Below are positions 12,012-23,355 of a DNA stretch of 64,000 nucleotides, in pieces. The stretch lies in NCBI GenBank assembly GCA_035221665.1, contig CM069142.1:18600001-18664000 (forward strand), given 5' to 3'. Source of the stretch: Okamejei kenojei (Eukaryota). The position numbers and the translations under genes were made by a program. Position 1 is the stretch's first letter, and each line of letters starts with the position of its first letter. Under the pieces are notes generated by a model, which was given only the letters and a program-made list of their open reading frames with translations, ran no database searches and had not been told where the DNA came from.

Positions 12012-13621
12012 CAGTGGCTTGCAAAAGTATTCATTCCCCTTGAACTTTTCCACATTTTGTCACATTACAACCACAAACGTAAATGCATTTTACTGGGATT
12101 TTATGTGATAGACCAACACAAAGTGACGCATAATTGTGAAGTGGAAGGAAAATGATACATGGTTTTCAATTTTTTTTACAAATAAAAAACTGCAAAGTGT
12201 GGCGTGCAAAAGTATTCAGCCCCCTTTACTCTGATACCCCTAAATAAAATTCAGTGCAACCAATTGCCTTCAGAAGTCACCTAATTAGTAAATTGAGTCC
12301 ACTTGTGTGTAATCTAATCTCAGTATAAATACAGCTGTTCTGTGAAGGCCTCAGAGGTTTGTTAGAGAACATTAGTGAACAAACAGCATCATGAAGCCCA
12401 AGGAACACACCAGGCAGGTCAGGGATCAAGTTGTGGAGAAGTTTAAAGCAGGGTTAGGTTATAAAAAAATATCCCAAGCTTTGAACATCTCACGGAGCAC
12501 TGGTCAATCCATCATCCGAAAATGGAAAGAGTATGGCACAACTGCAAACCTACCAAGACATGGCCGTCCACCTAAACTGACAGGCCGGGCAAGGAGAGCA
12601 TTGATCAGAGAAGCAGCCAAGAGGCCCATGGTAACTCTGGAGGAGCTGCAGAGATCCACAGCTCAGGTGGGAAAATCTGTCCACAGGACAACTATTAGTT
12701 GTGCACTCCACAAATCGGGCCTTTACGGAAGAATGGCAAGAAGAAAGCCATTGTTGAAACAAAGCCATAAGAAGTCCCATTTGCATTTTGCCACAAGCCA
12801 TGTGGGGGACAGCAAACATGTGGAGGAAGGTGCTCTGGTCTGATGAGACCAAAATTGAAGTTTTTGGCCTAAATGCAAAACGCTATGTGTGGCGGAAAAC
12901 TAACACTGCACATCACCCTGAACACACCATCCCCACTGTGAAACATGGTGGTGGCAGCATCATGCTGTGGGGATGCTTTTCTTCAGCAGGGACAGGGAAG
13001 CTGGCCAGAGTTGATGGGAAGATGGATGGAGCCAAATACAGGGCAATCTTGGAAGAAAACCTGTTAGAGTCTGCAAAAGACTTGAGACTGGGGTGGAGGT
13101 TCACCTTCCAGCAGGACAACGACCCTAAACATACAGTCAGAGCTACAATGGAATGGTTTAGATCAAAGCATATCCATGTGTTAGAATGGCCCAGTCAAAG
13201 TCCAGACCTAAATCCAATTGAGAATCTCTGGCAAGACTTGAAAATTGCTGTTCACAGACGATCTCCATCCAATCTGACTGAGCTTGAGCTATTTTGCAAA
13301 GAAGAATGGGCAAAAATTTCAGTCTCTAGATGATCAAAGCCGGTAGAGACATACCCCCAAAAGACTTGCAGCTGTAAATGCAGGTGGTTCTACAAAGTAT
13401 TGACTCAGGGGGGCTGAATACTTTTGCACGCCACACTTTTCAGTTTTTTATTTGTAATAAAATTTGGAAGCCATGTATAACTTTCCTTCCACTTCACAAT
13501 TATGCACCACTTTGTGTTGGTCCATCACATAAAATACCAATAAAATACATTTACATTTGTGGTTGTAATGTGACAAAATGTGGAAAAGTTCAAGGGGTAT
13601 GAATACTTTTGCAAGCCACTG
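12012..13621 (+). mobile_element. Full-length Tc1 DNA transposon (Passport-like, IR/DR type), 1610 bp
   Basis: TA target duplication at 12010-11 and 13622-23; about 213-bp TIRs starting CAGTGGCTTGCAAAAGTATTCA, with an inner direct repeat TGCAAAAGTATTCA. Confidence 0.97.
12391..13403 (+). pseudogene. DD34E Tc1 transposase, disrupted
   Basis: Paired-like HTH with GRPPK, WSDETK, KHGGGSIMLWGCF, QQDND..SPDLNPIE (34-residue spacer); frameshift near 12810, premature TGA at 13331, further indels before GGSTKY*. Confidence 0.95.
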
Positions 13622-14193
13622 TAGGTTCGAGGTGAAAAGGAAAAGATTTAATAGAAATCTGAGAGCAAACTCAAGCTCTCAAGCTCTCAAGCTCTCAAGC
13701 TCAAGTATGGAACAAGCTGCCAGAGGAGGTAGTTGAGGCTGGGGCGATCCCAACGTTTAAGAAACAGTTAGACAGGTACATGGATAAGACGGGTTTGGAG
13801 GGATATGGACCAAACAGGGGCAGGTGGGACATGTTGGCCGGTGTGGGCTAATTGGGGCGAAGGGCCTGTTTCCATGCTGTATCACTCTATGACTCTATGA
13901 GATGTGCCAGGCAAGATATTTCAAAGAAGGGTAGTGGGTGCCTGGTGCACGCTGCCTGGTGTGATGGTGGAAGCAGATATGATCATGGTGTTTAAGAAAC
14001 TTTTAGATAGGCAATTGGATGTGCAGAAAATGGAATGATATGGATAACATGCCGGCAGAGGAGATTAGTTGAACATGGAATCATGCTCCGCACATACATT
14101 ATTGGCTGAAGCACCCGTTCCAGTGCTGAACTGTTCTCTGCTCTCTGATTCGATGAAAAGGGGCAAACACTTCTTTCAGTTTTTCTTTCATTG

Positions 14194-14329
14194 TGGCGAC
14201 CATACTGAGGCTGCGACTGGTTCCCTGGGATATCCTCGCGACCATGAAGGCAACTCCCCGGCAACCACCCGCGAACATGTGGCGACCATGTGGAGAGTCT
14301 CCTGCAGTCGCCTAAGTGGGACAGGCCCA
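14194..14329. mobile_element. Truncated Harbinger-type MITE (one end only)
   Basis: Ends AAGTGGGACAGGCCCA-TAA; homologous in reverse to 9510-9650. Confidence 0.8.
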
Positions 14330-15369
14330 TAACTATGAAACAAGGAATCCAGATGAATTTGCAACAAAAAAAAAACCACAAAAGGCTGGAGTAACCCAGC
14401 GGGTCAGGCTGCATCTCTGGAGAACGTGGATAGATGACGCTTCGAGTCGGGACCCTTCTTCAGGATGTGAGGGAAGGATAACAGGGTTGCAAATTGTGAA
14501 GACAAAAGAAGTAATGTAGGTCGAGGAGATTTGGGTGTAAATCCAGATGGGCCGCTGGGAAGCGAGGGTGGGGGGAAGGGGGGAAAATGAAACTGCCATT
14601 ACATCAGCCATGATTGTATTGATTGGGGCAATAGGCTTGAGAGACCAATTGGTCTACACCAGGTCATATTATGGAAGGCTTCCTAATTTTAATTCTGAAG
14701 CGTCAAATGCCAATGGATGTAGTTTGACAAGCTGGCAAATAAGTACAGACCTGTGTTGCTTTCTCACGGCAAAAATCTGTCATTTACGTGATTTTGTACT
14801 AGGCAGTTCTTCTACTATTTAACACCTCCTCGTAACATAAAAATGTCTAAAATGTGATGACTGGAGAAAAAAAAACTGCATCCCTTCAGGGAACATGTCT
14901 AGAAAACCTCATGAGAGAGAGTGTGAGACTCGTTCAGTGAAGTTAATTTCACAGCAGTATTACAGAGTATTACATTTTACAGTCAAAATATTGTACCACC
15001 ATTATTAATAGTGAGTAAGATTCAATTGTAGTTCACAAGAAGAAACATTAACACATTTAGCTCCAGAAAAAAAATTGTTCATAGCTCCTTCTTGGTTTCA
15101 ATGCCTGACATATGTACGGTCTAATCATACGGACAGTGTTTGCGACTCCACCATGGATTTGCTGGATGCTGTGTCCACCGCCATGTGGAACTTGGTTCAC
15201 TGAATGGTTGAGCTAAACTCCTTGGTTTAGCCACATGTTGCCCATTGTTTCTATTTAAATATATTGCCAGGTGGCTGTATTTCCAATTTGCCAACTGTTC
15301 AGGTTAAAAACAGAGAGGTAAATAGCATTGTCCATGCTGATCACATTGCCAACCTGAACTCAACCGAAT

Positions 15370-15610
15370 TGCCGGTGCTTGGCTCAAATCCCTCTCAACT
15401 TTTCCTATCTACACACCTGTCCAAATGCCTTTAAACGTGATAGTTCTACCAGCCTCCACCACTACCTCTGGCAGCTTGTTCCGCATACCAACCATTTCGT
15501 AAAATGTGCCCTTTGGGTTTCTTTTACACCTTAAATCTATACCCTCTGGTTTTAGTCTCCCAGAACCTGGGGAAAAAACTGTGACGAATGACCTTATCTA
15601 CACGCCTCTT
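15370..15610 (-). mobile_element. Decayed CR1 3' fragment
   Basis: CCAGCCTCCACCACTACCTCTGGCAGCTTGTTCC is the reverse of the WNKLPEVVVEA coding segment. Confidence 0.7.
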
Positions 15611-15850
15611 CATTTTTGATATTCTCGGGAGTGTAACCCTGTCATAACCTGGGAGGACCTGCATTGATTTTCATTTAATTTGTAGCAAGCAAAATTTACG
15701 CTGGTGTACAGATAACAATATTTTGGTGGGATAACAACGAGAAGTTAGAAATACAAGAATTAATTACAAGAAACAAGTATAAACGTAGATAAATCACAAA
15801 GATAAAACCTGATGACACAGAGTTTTTAGTCCTGCTGTTGTACTCATTAA

Positions 15851-16086
15851 AGGGCCCGTCCCACTTTGGTGTCATTTGCACGTCACGCAGGTGGCGCGCG
15901 AAGATTTTGTGAATCCCGAAATCCTGGGGCGCCGCGCGCGATCGCACGCCACTGCCTACGCCACCACGTCTCACCACGTGCCATGCGCGCGTAATGCACG
16001 GCATACGCGTAAATGATGTCACGTCGTGACGCATAAATGATGTCGTGCAAATGATGAGCAAATAACGCCCAAGTGAGACAGGCGCT
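15851..16086. mobile_element. Harbinger-type MITE, CpG-rich (about 236 bp)
   Basis: TAA-AGGGCCCGTCCCACTT ... AAGTGAGACAGGCGCT-TCA. Confidence 0.8.
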
Positions 16087-16461
16087 TCAATTCTCATTTA
16101 CTTTACATAATTTATTCGCAGCTTCTAACATTTTCCCAGAACATATTGGGGTTAGAATTTCTCCATAGTCACTTCAAAAATATAGTTTCAATGGCGTAAA
16201 GTGGAATATAGCACGTGCATGTATTTTATTTGTATCCGAGAAGAAATTTTGGAATCAGTGCTGAGGTAGAATTGTGGAAGTTCTTTCAGAGCTTGTTCTG
16301 CACTGATGTCTTGATGAGGCGAGACACCGGTTATTTCTGAATATCATCACTTTCGCACAGATTTTTATTTTCCAATTTGCATAGTTTGGCCAGCTGGTCA
16401 TGTCACACAATCTTACTCGAAGGAACCCATCACACAGGCAAAGAAACATCGAGAGTCCCGA

Positions 16462-16790
16462 AGATAGGCACAAAATGCTGGAGTAACTCAGCGGGATAGG
16501 CAGCATCTCTGGAGAGAGGGAATGGATGACGTTTTGGGTCGAGACCCTTCTTCAGTCGTCATTCCTTCTCTCCAGGGACGCTGCCTGTCCCGCTGAGTTA
16601 CTCCAGATTTTCGTGTCTATCTTCGGTTTAAATCAACATTTGCAGTTCCTTCCTATACATTAAGAGTCCCGACCTGAAACGTCACCTATCCATATTCTTT
16701 AGAGATGCTGCCTGACCCACTGAGTCACTCCAGTACTTTGTGTCCTTTTTTATTATTAAACCAGCATCTGCAATTCCTTGTATCCTCTGT
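16462..16790. mobile_element. Cluster of Penelope-terminus-derived repeats (palindromic dimer plus an extra arm)
   Basis: CACAAAATGCTGGAGTAACTCAGCGGG.. arm, inverse arm, then a second inverse arm at 16665-16785. Confidence 0.8.
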
Positions 16791-17649
16791 GTTTTTCCTA
16801 CTGCGACATTTACTCATTTGCTCTTGCCCTATTAGTTACATTTCCTTTCTTCTGCCCAACCCTCTCCCACCTTTTCTGCTGCTGAAAACTAACTTGTTTT
16901 CTCATTTACCCAGTTACGGTGAAAGGTCCCCGATCTGAAACATTGCCCCTTTCCTGACCTGCTGAGTTTTCAGCAATTTCAACTTCATTCATCTATTTCC
17001 CTCTTGGCCAGTTTTACGGAACATCTAATTTTGATGGATGAATATCTGCATCCATCCTGTTCCCCCTTAAGTATCCTAATATTATTTAGTAATAAGGTGT
17101 AACAGCATTGGTCTTTAATTGACATATAAAAATATCAAGAAGGATACACTGCTGATGGCAGCATGTCAGCTTGGACTTTTTGACAGTGGTCCTGGAACTT
17201 ATTTAAATGGATCAAAATGTAAAATAAAATCTGGAAGGGACTTCATAAAGATGATTGTGTTTCAGGCACAGTAGGTTTCTATTGTGGTTAGTCAAAGTGC
17301 AGTTGTTCAGAATATGCACATAAATGCATGTTAATTATATTGACGTTCAAAATGATATTATTTTTATTTTGATGCATGTCTTAACGAAATTTAAAAATAG
17401 CATTTGCATGATTTTGAATTCACAAATGAATTCCACAATTGAATGTTAAATTGGAATGCATGTATGTAATCATGAGGGGAATAGTTAGTGTGAATGTGTT
17501 GTGTTCCCAAGAGGGGAGGTGCTGTGGTTTGCTGTGTTTCATCTGCGAGTTGGCATCTTCAATCGTTTACTGAGCCATTAACGTTCCACTTGGTGCGTTA
17601 GCCGAGGTAAAATTAGATTTGAAGCCCGAGTCAGAGGTTTCTTGCAGAG

Positions 17650-18000
17650 ATCTATAAAATCAAAAGGGAAATAGATGGGGTGAATGCACAGTCTTTCACC
17701 CAAGGTAGGGGAATCAAGAACCAGAGTACATGGGTTTAAGAAAAGAGGGGAAAGATTTAATATGAACTGAAGGGGCAATGTTTTCACGGAGAGGGTGGTG
17801 GGTATAGGGAACGAGCTGCCTGAGGTGGTAGTTGAAGCAGGTGCTGCAACAGCATTTGAAAGGCACCCGGAAAGGTACATCTACAGCAAACGTTTGGCGG
17901 GAAATGAACAAAATGCAGGTAAATAGGACTCGCTCACACGGGGCAACGTGGCCCACATGGACAAGTTGTGCTGCAGAGCCAAATTTGTTGCTGTGTAATT
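17650..18000 (+). mobile_element. CR1 3' fragment
   Basis: GGGGAATCAAGAACCAGAG..GAGAGGGTGGTGGGTATAGGGAACGAGCTGCCTGAGG. Confidence 0.75.
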
Positions 18001-18519
18001 CCATGACCTTGTTTGGGAGGGCGGCAGAGGAAGAAATTCCCACATTTAAGGACAAGTAATTTGAACAGGAAAACATAAAAGGCTGGAGGTCAGTTCCTGG
18101 AATTTGGGATCAGCATCAATTGATTCTCAATGGCCAACACTGGTGTGGTCGGCTAAAGACTCTGTATCTCTGTTGTATGACTTTATGCTTGACCCATTGA
18201 TAGATGCGCAACAGTCTGTGTGGTGATCTGCTGTGGAATTCTTTTCAGAATTAACTTGTTCTGGAAGAATTTTTAATCTAAGGCTGACCAAAGGTTGGAT
18301 TGTGTTTATTTTGAACTGTAAGCTTAAAACACATCTGATGCAATGTTGGCTTTGCCCGAGAAGAGAACAATGTATTTCCCTCTCCCATTCCCTCCCCCTG
18401 TGTTCTACTTTCCAAGGCACAACCTCATTTGAAGGTGCAACTATTTCCTGCAGGAAATCTTGCAATTAACTTATCCAGCTATTCAGCCCATTTTTCCCCT
18501 CTCCTGCCCACAATTACTT

Positions 18520-18762
18520 CGGGTGGAGTCAGAGGAGAGGGAAACTAGAGATATGGAAGGGTATGCTGTGAAAAAGACAGATCAAAGGAGACGATGTTCA
18601 AGGATTTGCAGAATGATTCATTGTTGGCTGTGACAACGTTGCATAGAAACATAAAAAAAGAATCAGGAGGACAGTGAAACTAGTCGGAGAACTGGGGTGG
18701 GGAGGGATGGAGAGAGAGGGAAAGCAAGAGTTACTTGAAGTTAGAGAAATCAATATTCATGC
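18520..18762 (-). mobile_element. Penelope-like element 3' fragment
   Basis: Reverse complement begins ATGAATATTGATTTCTCTAACTTCAAGTAA (MNIDFSNFK*), the same ORF end as at 27360-27390 and 49177-49206. Confidence 0.75.
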
Positions 18763-19974
18763 AAGCAGAGGCTGTTTGGAAATATGGAGCCCATTATCTG
18801 AGTGGGCGGTGGAGGCTGAGATTCTCACAACATCTAAGGACAGTTTATCGAGACAAGCAATTTGATCAGCAAGATATAAAAGACTATGAGCCATTACTGG
18901 AAATAGGGATTAGCATAGGTTGATTCCCAATAGTCGGCATGGAGGAGGTGGGGTGAAGAGCCTGTATCTCTGACGTATAACTTTAAAACTCGACGATTCG
19001 TAGCATGAAGCAGCAAGTATAATTTCCTAATTTATTCTCATGTTAGCAATCGTTTGTGATTGGTAACATGAAAAGCAAATGAAGAATAAGTTTGATGTGA
19101 ATTTTTTTTGCCAATTTCTATAGGTTAATCTGAATCAACCTTGATATATCTGTGGAGCTCTTTATTCTCTGACAAGCCATTACATTTGCAGATTGGAAAA
19201 TTCAAGTTAGTTTTTTTCTTCCAATATTCTGATCTGCATATCAAAAATGACAAGAGGAAGTTAATTTCATTCCCTTTATATGGGTCATCCTGAGCTGGCT
19301 GTATGAATTTCCTTTGTTCCCTTCCTTTGGACCATTTGAGAGCTGGATTTCACTCATCATGTTCGTGTTTAGGTTCTTCTCTTTGAACCATTGACTTGCC
19401 CTTAAAGAAAATGAATGTTCTCGGCTGATATCTCATATCAATCCTGCACTTTAAACTTGTGGAAGCCATGCCCCACTTCAAGTGTGTTTATCCCTTGCTC
19501 CAAAGCTATATTATGCCAATAATCCTGATGCGTCTTATTTTTAAGTGCTACAAATTGTACCTCTGGTGCCCAGCAGGTTCGAATTTGTAGCATCTATAAT
19601 TACATGTTTCTTGTGAACTATCCAATTATTTCATTCATCATTTACCGTGTATCAACAAAAGTTTAAGCAATAAGTGATAAACAAGGAGCGATTGTGTTAT
19701 TCCAAAATAACAAAGAAATACAAGAGACACCACAAGTTGTAATTGGTTTGCTTCATCAGCCCCTGTGGCAGTTTCACAAGGCACATCACAGAGTGAAAAT
19801 TGGTTGTTTAATGAATACACAGTTAAATACAAATTGAGGTCTTTTGGCCTTTGGTAATTTATCTATCCAATGAAGAACCCGCTGATCTGCCCACTAGAAC
19901 AACCTATTCCTTCAATGTTTCTGGAGTTTAAGGTCCATTACCACTAGCTTTATCAGAGGTGTCTTGCGTCACTC

Positions 19975-20040
19975 CTCTGGGTCCTCTCTGCAGCTTCTCT
20001 GGGTCCTCTCTGCAGCTTCTCTGGGTCCTCTCTGCAGCTT
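19975..20040. repeat. Tandem repeat, 3 x 22 bp CTCTGGGTCCTCTCTGCAGCTT
   Basis: Three exact copies. Confidence 0.97.
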
Positions 20041-20810
20041 GCATCAATGTCAGTGCTCTGCTTCAGTCACCAGAAAGTATTGCTGGTGCAATTTGATCTC
20101 GACGTTCTCCAACTGATACACTGACATTTTGGCTTAATAGTTCAGTATTGTACTTACTTCATTGACCCTCCAGGAAATCCATCCCATTATTTTATTAACA
20201 TCAATGTGACACTGATAGATCTGTAGTTGCTCCGATCTATTCTGTTGACTTTTGAAAGTGTGCACCACATCATTCCTTGTCCAAGCCAGCAGAAACCTCT
20301 TGGGAATTATCAACTCTCAAATAACATTACAAATCATATCTGTTCTCTTACCGCAGAATAAATAAAGTCACTCTCAGATTTGGTTGATTCTGAGTCATTG
20401 AAGACTTGTTTATGTTGGTGAGATATTCAATGGATAATTCCTTTTTGTGGAGGTGAAGGCAATGGAGTGTGGAATCAAGTAATCCATGAAATAATACTGT
20501 GGGAAGATGATATTATAATTCACCTAAAAAATATCCCTGTGTTTTGGTTGTGAACAAACATTCATGTTGAAACTGGAGTAAGATTTGATCGTATTGGTCA
20601 TATCCGCCATGTGATGGTGCCTGTTGTAGATGACGATAGCATGGTTGTGCAGCCTCATGTCTTGTGGGATCGAGTGAGGCTCTCGGGTCCGATGCACGAG
20701 TCACACACGCGGGGGGGGGTGGGGGGGGGGGGGGGGAATGGGGGAGCAGTGGGGGCACATGAAGGCCGCTGTGGGAGGATTTAGGGCTGCAGCCTTCCTC
20801 CTGTCTGGCA

Positions 20811-21035
20811 CTAACCAGTCAGCTTCAGCGATCGTCTTAGAAACTGCTTCCCAGTGGTGATACGCCAGCCAGTCCTGTCACTGGCACGGATTTCCAGTTC
20901 GTTGGGGGCTAGTCCTGCGTGCAGGAGGTGGTCCTTGATGTGGTCTTTCAACCATTTCTTTGGGTTTCTTTGACCCTGTGACAGAACTCTGTACAGGAGT
21001 TTGCGAGGTATATATTCCACGTGTATATTCAATGT
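20811..21035 (-). mobile_element. RTE-clade LINE C-terminal fragment
   Basis: IPRKLLYRVLSQGQRN.PKKWLKDHIK..ASDRTGWR resembles the RTE/BovB RLPK..LYGEL..G.R..PKKR.KD..A.DR..WR motif. Confidence 0.7.
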
Positions 21036-21942
21036 AGCGTGCAAAAAATAGGACCATGTCTTTGTTTTTCATCAAATCCAGTTAAGTTATTGTCTCCTCT
21101 GCCTGTCTTGTGGCAGCTTTGTAAGAGTTGGAATTAGGGCAACTCAGTTTGCTCTTTAACACCTCGATGCAGGCACAATGGGCCAAGTGGTGACATGCCT
21201 TGCTGTGTGATTAGATGAAAAGTCTACATGTCGGAATCGGTATTCGCAGTGACGCCCATTTTCTCAGTCTGTCTTTATCTGTTTGGAACTTTTAAAAATG
21301 CTTTTATTTTCTCTCCACCTTCATCTGCCTTCTACTTGATTAGAATATTTTGATGCAGCACTTGCCATCACGATTCCTCAATGCTTATTGATCTCAGCTT
21401 TCAGGAATGAGATGGTGATTGAAGTGTCCGTTGATTATTTGCACGTGCCAATTCCCTTCACCAATCCCCACTTTCAATGATCACTGACCCACTGATCAGA
21501 CAATGGCTCACAGTGGTTTGGGAATCGAGTGTAACCACTAAGTACCATGTCCTCACTCCTCCACATTTTACCTCACATTTCACTCCTGCCAGTGAAGAAG
21601 CTAAATGTAACGTCCAGGTTCAGGAATAGCTCCTTCCCAACAACCAGCCGACTACGAACACTCTAACCTCCAACTAAACTGCAAACTGCCTTGATTGCAC
21701 TCGGGACTTTGGGCATTCTTTTTGTTTTTGTACTATATTTCACTTTTCTTTAACTTTATTGTGCTTCTCTTTGTTCTTTATTATGGAACCTGCTGAGTGC
21801 TATGATGACGCACCTGTTGTGCTGCTTCATGTAAGGATTTAATTGTTCCATTTTGTATGACAATAAAACACTCTTGACCTCCTTGCAGCCTTTTATGTCA
21901 CTACACTGTGGCAACCATCATGAGAATTCTTCATGAGACCTT

Positions 21943-22254
21943 AGAGTTTTAGACTTTCGAGTTTAGAGATACAGCGTGGAAACAGGCCCTTTGGCCCACT
22001 GAGTCAGCGCCAACCAACGATCACCCCATATACCAGCACTATCCTACACACTGGGGCCAATTTACGGAAGCCAATGAACCTACAAACCTGTACATCTTTG
22101 GAGCGTGGGAGGAGACTGGAGCACCTGGAGTAAAACCCACGCAGTCACAGAGAGAACATACAAACTCCATATGGACAGCACCCATAGTCAGGATCGAATT
22201 CAGGTCTCTGGCGATGGAAGGCAGCAATATTACCGTTGAGCCACGGTACCGTCC
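21943..22254 (-). mobile_element. HE1/V-SINE-like SINE, near full length
   Basis: Tail TTTAGAGATACAGCGTGGAAACAGGCCC, shared core and tRNA-like head. Confidence 0.88.
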
Positions 22255-22559
22255 CTACTGGTTCAATGCCGTGACAGTAAACTCTGCATGCAGGTCCTCA
22301 CTGAATCACACAGGTCCAGTTATGTGGCTGACATGCGGACATCAAGGATTTGTGCCAAGTTTTAAGATTAATTTCTGGAGATGAGAGTGGATACCAGTGC
22401 TATCGAACACACAGCACTGGAACAGGCTCTACAGCCCACAATATCTTGCCGATCGTGATGCCAAGCTCAACTAATCTTATCTATCTGCAAATGATCCATA
22501 TCCCTCCATTCCCTCCACATCTAAAAGCCTCTTAAACACTACTTAACACAAATTCAGGG

Positions 22560-22849
22560 ACTGTGATGTTAGGCGCTTGTAGTTTGGTGAAAGTTGTCTT
22601 CTTCAACAGTGAGTGAACCATCTGTGATGTTTAACCAAGAGAGCAGCGCTGTAGTTTGGTGTTTCATCTCAAAGTTGTCTTTGTGCAGTGAGCCTTTAAT
22701 GTTCCACTTGGGTTTACCTTTAAAAAAGAAAATGTGTTGGTGCGACTGTGATGTTTAACCAAGAGAGCAGGCGCTGTAGTTTGGTGTTTCATCTCAAAGT
22801 TGTCTTCTTCAACAGTGCAGTGAGCCTTTAATGTTCCACTTGGGTTTAC
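22560..22849. repeat. Imperfect tandem triplication of a ~100-bp segment, probably an old DeuSINE-like remnant
   Basis: CTGTGATGTT..GCGCTGTAGTTTGGTG..AAAGTTGTCTT at about 22561, 22622 and 22746. Confidence 0.85.
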
Positions 22850-23355
22850 ACAAAATGCTGGAGAAACTCAGCGGGTGCAGCAGCATCCTATGGAGCGAAG
22901 GAGATAGGCAACGTTTCGGGCCGAAACGCTTCTTCAGACTGATTGGGGGTGGGGGAAGGCGGGGGGAAGAAAGGAAAAAGGAGGAGGAGGATTCCGAGGG
23001 CTGAGGGAGAGGTAGGAAGGAGACAGCAAGGGTTAACACAATTGAGAGAATTCGATGTTCATGCCAAGAGGATGCAGATTCCCCAAGAGGAATATGAGCT
23101 GCTGTTCCTCCAATTTGCGGTGTTGCTCACTCTGGCCGTGGAGGAGGCCCAGGACAGAGAGGTCGGATATGGAATGGGAGGGGAGTTGAAGTGCTGAGCC
23201 ACCGGGAGGCCGGGTTGGTTAGTGCGGACCGAGCGGAGGTGTTCTGCGAAACGATCGCCAAGCCTCCGCTTGGTCTCACCGATATAGATCAGCTGACATC
23301 TAGAGCAGTGGATGCAATAGATGAGGTTGGAGGAGGTGCAGGTGAACCTCTGTCA
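22844..23355 (-). mobile_element. Penelope-like element 3' part with GIY-YIG endonuclease and terminal repeat
   Basis: Minus strand reads QRFTCTSSNLIYCIHCSRCQLIYIGETKRRLGDRFAEHLRSV..LPVAQHFNSP; followed by a hammerhead-like motif; GTTCCACTTGG on both sides. Confidence 0.9.
22907..22942 (-). ncRNA. Minimal hammerhead ribozyme-like motif in the Penelope terminus
   Basis: Reverse complement TCAGT-CTGAAGA-AGCGTTTCGGCCC-GAAAC-GTT-GCC. Confidence 0.5.

Larger units (their letters stand above)
11935..13900 (+). mobile_element. CR1 3' fragment nested in the older CR1 and itself split by Tc1
   Basis: ATCATGAGAGGAATAGAT..GGACAT[Tc1]AGGTTCGAGGTGAAAAGG..GGGCCTGTTTCCATGCTGTATC plus (ACTCTATG)2 tail. Confidence 0.8.
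10960..14130 (+). mobile_element. Old CR1-type LINE with internal deletions, host of two nested insertions
   Basis: MWELLKDQLIRVQDRHVP ORF2 segment; GCCAATGTTATTCCTTTGTTT..CCAGGAAATTAT..CCAGTGAGCCTCAC (ANV.PLF..PGNY.PVSLT); resumes at 13901 after breaking at 11934. Confidence 0.75.

Noticed and set aside
8913-21241. 13-bp match TGTCGGAATCGGT at about 8913 and 21229
   Set aside because: Similarity does not extend; a single 13-mer match is expected by chance in 64 kb.
22560-22849. CRISPR-like repeat-spacer pattern
   Set aside because: Eukaryotic context, units unequal and overlapping, no unique spacers and no cas genes.
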